DNA of 32,000 nt from Ferroglobus placidus DSM 10642 (GCF_000025505.1 NC_013849.1:1500001-1532000); one strand, 5' to 3'. Positions 17,349 to 25,326 are shown, counted from the first letter of the stretch. Notes: a model not told the origin generated them from the letters alone. A program made the numbers and translations.

Positions 17349-18298
17349 TGTTTTGCGTTGAATCGAAAGTAGTTGAGATCGGTGGAATCAAGATTGGGGG
17401 GAAGGGGGAAAATCCGGTAGTCTTAGTGGGAACGATGTTTTACACCGGACACAAGATAGTGGAGAAAAGGAAGGAAGGGAAGTTCGACAGGAAAAAGGCT
17501 GAGGAGCTGATAAACATGCAGGAAACTCTGAGCGAAGAAACCGGGATTCCGTCCATGCTCGATATAGTCGCTCTGTCCGAGGAAGAGTTTAAGAAGTACA
17601 TAGATTTCGTGGCTGAAGTGACGGAAATGCCGTTCATGATAGATGCTTGGAAAATTCCACCAAAGATAGGGGCTGCTAAATACGTGAAGGAAATAGGTCT
17701 GGAGGATAGAGTAGTTTACAACTCCTTATCTCCTTGGAGCGAGGATTTGGAGAAGGAGGTTAACGAACTTAGAGAAATTGGGCTGAAGCACGGTTTGACA
17801 GTTGCATACAACATGAACGATCCGAGTGTTGAGGGGAGGATAAGAATTCTAAAGGAGACGCTCCTCCCAGCTTTGGAAAAAGCCGGATTCGAAAACATTC
17901 TCATTGACACATCCGTTTTGAACACTCCTTCGATAGCTCTTTCTCTCTTAGCCTGTAAAAAGATTAAGGAGGTGTTCGGACATCCGGTTGGTTGCGCCCC
18001 TTCAAACGGCACGGATGTTTGGAAGTATCCGAGGGAAAAGTGGGGCAAACTCGGTTTCGCAGCTGTAGATAGCGCAGCTCATGCGATAACAGCTTTGCTA
18101 TGGAACGACTTCATACTCTACGGAGCGATAGAAAATGCGAAGTGGGTTTTCCCAGCTGTAGCAACAGCCAACTCAATTCTGGCGACCTTCATATACGATG
18201 AAGTTGGCAAACTGCCTGAAGGAGAGCATCCGCTGAACAAACTCTTCCCCGAGTTTGTGGAGCAGCTAGGGGCAGTAAAATGTGGAAATCGATCATAA
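17348..18298 (+). CDS. MtrH-like methyltransferase (H4MPT:corrinoid methyltransferase family)
   Basis: GGKGENPVVLVGTMFYTGHKIV, ALEKAGFENILIDTSVLNTPS, GHPVGCAPSNGTDVW match the MtrH family. Confidence 0.88.
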   Translation: MFCVESKVVEIGGIKIGGKGENPVVLVGTMFYTGHKIVEKRKEGKFDRKKAEELINMQETLSEETGIPSMLDIVALSEEEFKKYIDFVAEVTEMPFMIDAWKIPPKIGAAKYVKEIGLEDRVVYNSLSPWSEDLEKEVNELREIGLKHGLTVAYNMNDPSVEGRIRILKETLLPALEKAGFENILIDTSVLNTPSIALSLLACKKIKEVFGHPVGCAPSNGTDVWKYPREKWGKLGFAAVDSAAHAITALLWNDFILYGAIENAKWVFPAVATANSILATFIYDEVGKLPEGEHPLNKLFPEFVEQLGAVKCGNRS

Positions 18299-19284
18299 TC
18301 TTTCTATTTTTAGCTGTAGCAATCATCATTTCAGGTTGTGCGGAGGAAAAATCCGTAAAGCTCGTTAAGCTTTCCCCTCCAGACATGCTTGAACAGATAA
18401 AAATAGGGAAGATAGACGCTTTTATAGCCTGGGAGCCTTTTCCGAGTAAAGCTGTCAAAAGCGGGCAGAAGATTTTGATGTATTCCGGAGACATATGGAA
18501 AAATCACCCGTGCTGCGTTGTTGCTTACAAGGTTGGAAATGCTGACGAAAAAATGCTTGAAGCTTTGGTCTGGGCTCACGTAAAGGCGACGAGATTCATA
18601 AACGATGAGAAAAATCGGAATAAAGTGGTTATCTACGCTTCCCAATTCACAGGGCTGGATGAAGAGACGGTAAAGATGGCTTTAAAGAATATAAAGTACG
18701 TGGAGTATCCGGATGGGAAGGAGTTCAGGCATTACTACGAGTTTTTGAAGGAGGCAGCAATTCTGAAGAAATCTATCGAAGACTTGGGATACAAAAGCGA
18801 GGAAGAGTTTTTCGAGAAGTTTTTGAGGAAAGACGTTTACGAAAAAGTTGTTACTAAACTTGAGGAAAACCCGAATTACGTTCCGGAAAAAGCTGGAAAA
18901 ATTAGACTCGGATACATAACAGCCGATCTACACCATCTCGCCTTGTACGTCGCTTTGAAAGAAGGGTACTTTGACAAAGTTTTTGAGAAAGTTGATTTAA
19001 AGCAGTATCCCAACGGAGTTGCGATAATGGAAGCTTTTAAACTCGGAGAGCTTGATGCAGCTTATCTTGGTGGTGCTCCTGCAACTTTGAAGAGGATAAA
19101 CGATGGAATAGAAATTTCAATAGTTGCCGGAGTTAACAACGAAGGCTCTGCTTTAGTTGTGAGAGAGGGAATAAACTCGCCAAAGGATTTAGCTGGGAAA
19201 ACTGTAGCGATTCCGGGATTTGGAACTGTCCAAGACTTCCTAATGAGAAAAGTCCTAAGGGAGGGAGGGTTGAAGGGAAGTTGA
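18280..19284 (+). CDS. ABC transporter substrate-binding lipoprotein, SsuA/NMT1-like, apparently circularly permuted
   Basis: Lipobox-like signal MWKSIIIFLFLAVAIIISGC. The usual C-terminal half (SPPDMLEQIKIGKIDAFIAWEPFPSKA...) precedes the usual N-terminal half (KIRLGYITADLHHLALYVALKEGYF...IPGFGTVQDFLMRKVLREGGLKGS). Confidence 0.85.
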   Translation: MWKSIIIFLFLAVAIIISGCAEEKSVKLVKLSPPDMLEQIKIGKIDAFIAWEPFPSKAVKSGQKILMYSGDIWKNHPCCVVAYKVGNADEKMLEALVWAHVKATRFINDEKNRNKVVIYASQFTGLDEETVKMALKNIKYVEYPDGKEFRHYYEFLKEAAILKKSIEDLGYKSEEEFFEKFLRKDVYEKVVTKLEENPNYVPEKAGKIRLGYITADLHHLALYVALKEGYFDKVFEKVDLKQYPNGVAIMEAFKLGELDAAYLGGAPATLKRINDGIEISIVAGVNNEGSALVVREGINSPKDLAGKTVAIPGFGTVQDFLMRKVLREGGLKGS

Positions 19285-20042
19285 ACCAGAAAATTTATTC
19301 CGCTCTCCTCTTCATCTCTCTCTGGTACCTCTTATATTTTCTGAACGTTCTTCCAGCCTTTCACGTAGTTGTCGTAACTTTTTTAGAGCTTGTTGTTGAA
19401 GCGGAGCCTGTTCTTGGAAAGACTCTCCTTCAGCATGCAGCTTCGAGCCTATTAAGAGTTTTAGCTGGAGCAACAGTAGCTTTTTCCCTCTCAATCCCCC
19501 TCGGAATTTTGATGTGGTTTTCGAGGACATACAATCTCTTACATCCAGCTATAGAGGTTCTAAGACCAATTCCCCCTCTTGCATGGATCCCCCTCTCTTA
19601 CATTCTCTTCGCCTCATTCCCCAACCCAACGGTTTTCGCTCAAATTTTTATCGTAGCTGTCGGAGCTTTCTTTCCAAGCTTCGTAACGATTTCCGATTAC
19701 GTCAGAGGGATTCCTCAGGAGTTCATCGAATTGGCGAAAGTTTTTGGTGCGAGAAACTTTGATTTGTTAACGAAAATAGTTCTTCCTTATTCCCTCCCCG
19801 GGATAATCACCGGTATTAGGGTTGGACTCGGGGTTGGATGGATGAGCATAATCGCTGCCGAGATGATTGCTTCCTCAGGCTCTGGTTTAGGATATTTCAT
19901 TCTCGTCATGTACGAAGTCGGAGGGAGAATGCCGGAAATACTTGCTGGAATGGCTATGATCGGTCTTATAGGATATTTGATGAATACTCTTCTTTTTAAA
20001 CTGGAGGAAAGATTTCCATGGCGCTTGAAATCAGAAACGTGA
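19281..20042 (+). CDS. ABC transporter permease (SsuC/TauC-like)
   Basis: Multiple transmembrane segments and the loop EFIELAKVFGARNFDLLTKIVLPYSLPGIITGIRVGLG. Starts with TTG and overlaps the preceding gene. Confidence 0.92.
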   Translation: MNQKIYSALLFISLWYLLYFLNVLPAFHVVVVTFLELVVEAEPVLGKTLLQHAASSLLRVLAGATVAFSLSIPLGILMWFSRTYNLLHPAIEVLRPIPPLAWIPLSYILFASFPNPTVFAQIFIVAVGAFFPSFVTISDYVRGIPQEFIELAKVFGARNFDLLTKIVLPYSLPGIITGIRVGLGVGWMSIIAAEMIASSGSGLGYFILVMYEVGGRMPEILAGMAMIGLIGYLMNTLLFKLEERFPWRLKSET

Positions 20043-20761
20043 AGAAGAGTTTTGGAGATTTAAAAGTTCTCGACGGAGTGAGCTTTGAAGTAGAGAAAGG
20101 CGAGTTCGCTTGTATTGTAGGGGAGTCCGGATGCGGAAAAACAACTCTGCTTAAGATAGTGGCTGGACTTGTTAAAGCAGATGAGGGAGAAGTTTTATAC
20201 GATGGGAGAGAGCTGAAAACGGAAGACATAGCTTTCGTTTTTCAGGACGATCGTCTTTTGCCTTGGAGAACCGCCTTAGAAAACGTGATGTTTTCCTTGG
20301 AGATGAGAATGCGAGAGCTGGATAAGAAGCGGAGGGAAGAGATAGCAAAGAGTTTCCTTGAACTCGTGGGATTGAAAGGATTCGAAAACTACTACCCCCA
20401 CCAGCTCAGCGGAGGAATGAGGCAGCGAGTCGGAATTTGTCGAGCTTTAGCGGTAAATCCTAAAGTGCTGCTCATGGATGAACCCTTTGCAAGTCTCGAC
20501 GCTCAGACGAGGAACAGGATGCAACTCGAACTTCTGAGGATTTGGGAAAGGGAAAGAAAAACTATTCTTTTCGTAACCCACAGCGTTGACGAGGCTGTTT
20601 TCTTGGCAGATAAAGTCGTCGTTCTTTCTCCACGCCCGACAAAAGTCCTGAAAGTTTTGGAAATTAATCTGGAGAGACCGAGGGACAGGACTTCTCCAGA
20701 GTTCATAGGATACAGAAGAGAAATTATAAACTTTCTTCAGGGGTCTTCTTTCTTAATTTGA
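20018..20761 (+). CDS. ABC transporter ATP-binding protein (SsuB/TauB-like)
   Basis: Walker A GESGCGKTT, signature LSGGMRQRVGI, Walker B VLLMDEPFASLD, H-loop VTHSVDEA. Confidence 0.95.
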   Translation: MALEIRNVKKSFGDLKVLDGVSFEVEKGEFACIVGESGCGKTTLLKIVAGLVKADEGEVLYDGRELKTEDIAFVFQDDRLLPWRTALENVMFSLEMRMRELDKKRREEIAKSFLELVGLKGFENYYPHQLSGGMRQRVGICRALAVNPKVLLMDEPFASLDAQTRNRMQLELLRIWERERKTILFVTHSVDEAVFLADKVVVLSPRPTKVLKVLEINLERPRDRTSPEFIGYRREIINFLQGSSFLI

Positions 20762-21291
20762 ACAACGTTATACTTACCCTTAAGCTCGTAAAGAGTGAGC
20801 AAATAAAGAAGGCAGCTGAGCTTGTTTAACCACTCCACAAGATTTATCCCAACTTTTCCTTCGTCGTTCAACCTTACAGCCCATCTCTCAGCTCTTCTTA
20901 CAACGGCTCTCGCAACGCTTAAATAAGCTGTAATTTCGTCCTGCTCTAAAATTATAAACTTGTCAGGTTGCTCGACTTTCCTACCAACCTCTCTTATAAT
21001 CTCTTCAAGCTCCTCAACGTCCTTTCTCGTGATCATTTCTTTCCCAGAGATCATCTCCGCTCCTACGTTGAACATCTTTCTCTGAACTTTTTCAAGAATT
21101 TCTCTCGTTAAACCTTCCGACTTTACCTTTGCTAAACCTATGAAAGCGTTAGCCTCATCCACACTACCGACTCCCCAGATTTCATCGCTGTCCTTGGAAA
21201 TTAGCCCACTTCTCAGACTGGAAGTCAGTCTTACATCTTTTTTCATCTCAGCCTCCCTCTTTTTAATCAAGCACGCCATTAAATTATTCAA
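20737..21291 (-). CDS. PduO-type ATP:cob(I)alamin adenosyltransferase-like protein
   Basis: SKDSDEIWGVGSVDEANAFIGLAK and ARAVVRRAERWAV; N-terminal loop diverged. Confidence 0.75.
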   Translation of the reverse strand: MNNLMACLIKKREAEMKKDVRLTSSLRSGLISKDSDEIWGVGSVDEANAFIGLAKVKSEGLTREILEKVQRKMFNVGAEMISGKEMITRKDVEELEEIIREVGRKVEQPDKFIILEQDEITAYLSVARAVVRRAERWAVRLNDEGKVGINLVEWLNKLSCLLYLLTLYELKGKYNVVQIKKEDP

Positions 21292-21343
21292 GTTTTCTTG
21301 ATTTTAATAAACTTTCTTGGTTGTGAGGTGAAGATTGAATCGG

Positions 21344-21358
21344 GTGACGTTTCGTCAC
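21344..21358. promoter_or_regulatory. Hyphenated palindrome GTGACG-TTT-CGTCAC
   Basis: Read directly, 53 nt upstream of the PduO-like ORF's annotated start (21291). Confidence 0.35.
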
Positions 21359-21376
21359 ATTTCCCTCAGTTTTTAC

Positions 21377-21919
21377 TTAATCTTCCTCGCACCAATTTTT
21401 GAGCTTTTCGAAATCTTTCTGATAGTCAACGTTACCTTCTTCGAGCATATTTCTCAGCCAAGGACTTGTGTAAATCTTGTACGTTTTCCCAAATTTCTCT
21501 CTGACGATCAAGTTTTTCTCTTCAAGTTTCTTGATTATCATCGAGATCTTGGATTGGGAAAAACCAGTCTTGAAGTGGAGGGAATCCTGGGTTATTCCTT
21601 CATTTTCGAGAACGAGTTTTATTATCTTGAACTCATCTTCCTCAAGCAAATTTCTGATTAAATCGAGTATTTTTCCGTTCTGATTCTTCTCAGCTAATTT
21701 ACTTCCCGATTCGACAATTTCACTCTTTTCCTCACTTAAAACAACAGCTAAAACTAAAATAATAACCGCTGCAAAGAAAAAGTAGCTGTTAAACCCGTAA
21801 AAGGCTCCGAAGCACGTGTTTGGATACGGATTCGCCACGATGGGGTTGAAAAAGGAGACAAGTAAAAGGACTATTCCAAGCAAGAGCAAGAGATTTTTTA
21901 AAGTTGCGAGCTTAGACAT
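21377..21919 (-). CDS. Membrane-anchored winged-HTH transcriptional regulator
   Basis: Two predicted N-terminal transmembrane segments, then FKIIKLVLENEGITQDSLHFKTGFSQSKISMIIKKLEEKNLIVREKFGKTYKIY (MarR/IclR-like wHTH). Confidence 0.75.
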   Translation of the reverse strand: MSKLATLKNLLLLLGIVLLLVSFFNPIVANPYPNTCFGAFYGFNSYFFFAAVIILVLAVVLSEEKSEIVESGSKLAEKNQNGKILDLIRNLLEEDEFKIIKLVLENEGITQDSLHFKTGFSQSKISMIIKKLEEKNLIVREKFGKTYKIYTSPWLRNMLEEGNVDYQKDFEKLKNWCEED

Positions 21920-21973
21920 ATAAATTCACTAAGCTTTTCACCACTTATAAAATTTCGTCGGTTTGTTCACTTC

Positions 21974-22330
21974 TTGCAAAAACGCAGCGAATACAATTAT
22001 ATGTTCCTTTCCGTTGATTCTTTCATGAAAGTTATCATTACCGACCAACCGTGCGGCTATAAAAGTGAGGTAATAGCGAAAAAAATCGATAAAAGCGTGA
22101 AAATTGAGATAATTTCCGAATGCGAGGACGTTCGTAAATTTGGAGAAGAACTGCCGATTTTAAGTGCAAAAGACGTTCTTACAAGAATTCCAGAAAATAT
22201 CGTTTACAAAAAAGCTAATTTAAAGCACTCCACCTGCATAATTCCCTGGGTCGTTTTAAAAGCTGCGGAAATTGAGCTTGGACTCAACGTTAAAAGGTTG
22301 CCAAGAATAAAGTTTGAGGACGACTTTTGA
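21974..22330 (+). CDS. Small conserved cysteine-containing protein possibly linked to corrinoid methyltransferases
   Basis: Probable start at 22025 (MKVIITDQPCGYKSEVIAKK...). Three Cys-centred motifs (PCGY, SECED, HSTCIIPWVVLKAAEIELGL) recalled from a small family seen near such methyltransferase genes. Confidence 0.55.
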   Translation: MQKRSEYNYMFLSVDSFMKVIITDQPCGYKSEVIAKKIDKSVKIEIISECEDVRKFGEELPILSAKDVLTRIPENIVYKKANLKHSTCIIPWVVLKAAEIELGLNVKRLPRIKFEDDF

Positions 22331-22449
22331 TCATTGTCCAAAAAATTTTGATATGGCTATACATTCGTACATGTTTTTGATCATTTTTTAGGATTACATC
22401 CAGAAGAGACCGAAATGTTTATATTGTTTCGAATCTGTAATTATTCTCA

Positions 22450-22668
22450 ATGACAGTTATCGACCTTAGAGGCTTAACGTGCCCCGAGCCAATAATTAAG
22501 CTCAGACAAGAAATGAGCAAATTCAAACCGGGAGATGTAGTAGAAGTTCTAACCACAGACCCAGGAACGATGATCGACATTCCGATATGGGCAGGAAATT
22601 CTGGTATTGTGGTTTTAGAGTGTAGGAGAGAAGGAGACCACATCAAATTCGTTTTAAAGAAAATTTAA
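22450..22668 (+). CDS. TusA/SirA-like sulfur carrier protein
   Basis: DLRGLTCPEPIIKLRQEM motif and 72-aa size. Confidence 0.93.
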   Translation: MTVIDLRGLTCPEPIIKLRQEMSKFKPGDVVEVLTTDPGTMIDIPIWAGNSGIVVLECRREGDHIKFVLKKI

Positions 22669-22786
22669 AGCGTTTAATGGCGTTAAAATCTTCCCAGAAT
22701 TTATTATGGTTCAAATTTTGGATAATATCTAAATAAATTCGAGAAAATTGATACTGAAGTATAATACATCTCGGGATTGTTGAGAG

Positions 22787-22800
22787 AAAAGTTTAAATAT
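22787..22800 (+). promoter_or_regulatory. Archaeal BRE/TATA-like element AAAAGTTTAAATAT
   Basis: Identical 14-mer to 13662..13675; upstream of the gene starting at 22842. Confidence 0.5.
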
Positions 22801-22841
22801 AGTTATTAAAAATTATAATTGTTTATTGTGGAGGTGAGAGT

Positions 22842-23261
22842 ATGGGAAACAAGGAGTGTGAAGAATACGTCAAAGAAAGAATGAAACTGATGCCAAGATT
22901 TTTGAAGACCGTCTGTGAGGTTTGGCCGGAAGCTGCTAAAAAGTTTGCAGATTTCTATGAGGTAATCTGGAGGGATGGGGCTTTAGATAGAAAGACCAAG
23001 GAGTTAATTTTCACTGCCATAGGAGTAGCGACTGCCTCTCCAAGATGTATTGTTCATGTAATTGCCGCTGTTGAAGCTGGTGCTACTGATGAGGAAATTC
23101 TCGAAGCCGTCACTGTAGGATTCATCGGAGCTGGCTTCTATCCAAACAATCCGGGAATTCCGTACGCTTTCGAATACGCTGTAAAAGCGATTGAAGTTGC
23201 TCAGAAGTATAGAAGAGGAGAAGATTGGGAATACTTAAAACCGCCGGAGTTCAGAGGATAA
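22842..23261 (+). CDS. Carboxymuconolactone decarboxylase / AhpD-like family protein
   Basis: DRKTKELIFTAIGVATASPRCIVHVIAAVEAGATDEEILEAV; GGAGGTGAG Shine-Dalgarno upstream. Confidence 0.85.
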   Translation: MGNKECEEYVKERMKLMPRFLKTVCEVWPEAAKKFADFYEVIWRDGALDRKTKELIFTAIGVATASPRCIVHVIAAVEAGATDEEILEAVTVGFIGAGFYPNNPGIPYAFEYAVKAIEVAQKYRRGEDWEYLKPPEFRG

Positions 23262-23311
23262 CTTTCTATTTTTTCAGTTTTACAATTTTTGTGTTGCTTT
23301 GGGGTGAAAAA

Positions 23312-24343
23312 ATGCGTCCGAAAGACATTCTCCTTGAAGCTTTTGAATTAGGAGTTCCGGAAAGAGTTCCTGCGGTAATTTTTGGAGGAGGTATGTGGAC
23401 GATTAAAAATTCTGGCAAGGATTTCCTTTACTATATTGGCAAGCCGAAGGAGTATGCGGAGCTTATAGTTAAAACAGCAGACATTCTGCAGTCGGACATG
23501 GTTTACCCTGGCTCGGGATACAACAACTTTCTGGCTGCTGCGATAGGTGGAAAGATTAAGGTTAGGCACATAGGTGCTCCCGATTTGGAGGGACCAATTA
23601 TAAACTCTCCGGAGGACCTTGAAGCTTTGGAAATTGACAAAATTTATGAAAACGAAGCTCTTCAAACTATTTGGAAAGCTTCCGAGATTGTTTACAACGA
23701 GATTGGGGATAAATATTTAGTCGGGACGACTTCCTGGGGTCCTTTCACGAAAGCCGGAAATTTGAGAGGTGTAGAGCAGCTCATGAGGGACATCTACAAG
23801 AACAAGGAATTTGCTAAAAAAGTGATAGAGTTCGCCAAAGACCTCATAATGGCTTTTTACGAGCCAGTAGTTAAGGATGCGGGGTTAGAGGCTGTGAGCA
23901 TAGCAGACCCGACGGCAAGTGGAGATTTGATATCGAGGAGGCACTTTTTAGAGTTCGCATTACCACCTTTAAAGGAACTGATAGACGAGATGAAAAAGCG
24001 TAAAATAGCTGTGTTTTTACACATTTGCGGAGATACGAGCGATAAGTTGAGGGAGATAGCGGAAAGCAAAGCCAGCTGCTTCAGCTTGGATCACAAAGTA
24101 GATCTCGGTTATGCCAAGAGCACGCTTAAGAGTGTTATATGTATAGCCGGCAACGTCGATCCAGTTTCGGTTTTAAACGACGGCACTCCAGAATATGTAG
24201 AGGAAGTGTCAAATAAGTGCATTCACATTGCTGCTGAAGGTGGCGGCTACGTCCTATGCCCGGGATGTGATATCCCTCCAACAGTTCCCCTTGAAAACAT
24301 TCAGGCTTTTATAAGAGCTGCAAGAAAAACCAAGCTCAGATAA
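23312..24343 (+). CDS. UROD-family methyltransferase, second paralog
   Basis: MRPKDILLEAFELGVPERVPAVIFGGG (Met at 23312 preferred over the track start 23225), VFLHICGDTSDKL, VLCPGCDIPPTVP. Confidence 0.85.
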   Translation: MRPKDILLEAFELGVPERVPAVIFGGGMWTIKNSGKDFLYYIGKPKEYAELIVKTADILQSDMVYPGSGYNNFLAAAIGGKIKVRHIGAPDLEGPIINSPEDLEALEIDKIYENEALQTIWKASEIVYNEIGDKYLVGTTSWGPFTKAGNLRGVEQLMRDIYKNKEFAKKVIEFAKDLIMAFYEPVVKDAGLEAVSIADPTASGDLISRRHFLEFALPPLKELIDEMKKRKIAVFLHICGDTSDKLREIAESKASCFSLDHKVDLGYAKSTLKSVICIAGNVDPVSVLNDGTPEYVEEVSNKCIHIAAEGGGYVLCPGCDIPPTVPLENIQAFIRAARKTKLR

Positions 24344-24409
24344 CTATTTTTTATTTTTCATTTGATTACAAGCCAACTTTTATAAACGAGTTGTTAACTA
24401 TAATTAATT

Positions 24410-24943
24410 ATGAGCGAAATAAACGGCGTTGATGTGGAATATTTAAAGCAGTTAGTGGAGACTGTGAAGAAGCATCCGGAGCTCGGCAGAACTCTCTGGA
24501 GAGCAAGATCTAAATGGAAAGACGGTTTCAAAGTTGAAGTGAACATAAGGGACTTCACAATCAGAATGGATGAACCAAAAGATCTCGGAGGCACCAATAC
24601 AGCTCCAAACATGGTGGAATTCGTATTAGGAGCTTTAGGAGCTTGCCTTGTTGTTGGTTATGTTATGAACGCAGCGATTAGAGGAATAGAGCTCGATAAA
24701 GTTGAAATAGATGTAGAGGGAGACATCGACCTTCCCGGCTTTTTTGGCTTGGAGTCTCCGGAAAAGGTCTCTCCGGGATTTACAAACATCAGAGCAAGGG
24801 TATTCCTTAAAACGAAAAAACCCGTAAGTAAAGAGGAGCTTAAAGAGCTTCACGAAACAGTTGTGAAAACCTCACCTGTCGGAAACACGCTGATGAAGCC
24901 TGTTAATCTGGAAGTAAAATTGGAGGAAAGGAGAACTGTTTAA
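24410..24943 (+). CDS. OsmC-like family protein
   Basis: TNTAPNMVEFVLGALGACLVVGYVMNA and LHETVVKTSPVGNTL fit OsmC architecture. Confidence 0.8.
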   Translation: MSEINGVDVEYLKQLVETVKKHPELGRTLWRARSKWKDGFKVEVNIRDFTIRMDEPKDLGGTNTAPNMVEFVLGALGACLVVGYVMNAAIRGIELDKVEIDVEGDIDLPGFFGLESPEKVSPGFTNIRARVFLKTKKPVSKEELKELHETVVKTSPVGNTLMKPVNLEVKLEERRTV

Positions 24944-25326
24944 CCTACACAAATGACTTTGTCTGCTTCGAGAGCGAGATAAATGAACGTGGCAGCCCCG
25001 GCAACCTCAGCTTCATCGATTATGTCCTCTTCTTTTATTTTTCTCACTACAAGCGTTTGAGAGCAAACATAGATTTTCACTCCTGCTTCAATCGCCTCGT
25101 TCAATCTCTGCCTTATTGTAGGTACTCCCGGCTTTACCTCTTCTTTATCCAAAGCTCCCTTGACCATTATCTCCACTCCATCCTGAAAGCAGAAAACTGT
25201 CGTTTTTATCCCGAGATTGGCACTTAGGGCTGCGAGCATTAGCGTAGTTCTCGCTATATCCGGGTAATTCAAGCCCTTACTCAGAACGAAAACAAGCTTT
25301 TTCTCCGCCATGGGGTAAAATTTCAA
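24940..25326 (-). CDS. DsrE/DsrF-like family protein
   Basis: KKLVFVLSKGLNYPDIARTTLMLAALSANLGIKTTVFCFQDGVEIMVKG and IYVCSQTL. Start likely at about 25311. Confidence 0.8.
   Translation of the reverse strand: MKFYPMAEKKLVFVLSKGLNYPDIARTTLMLAALSANLGIKTTVFCFQDGVEIMVKGALDKEEVKPGVPTIRQRLNEAIEAGVKIYVCSQTLVVRKIKEEDIIDEAEVAGAATFIYLALEADKVICVG

Noticed and set aside
24400-24411. ATAATTAATTAT palindrome at the OsmC-like gene start
   Set aside because: Only A/T bases and includes the start codon; low information content and likely chance.
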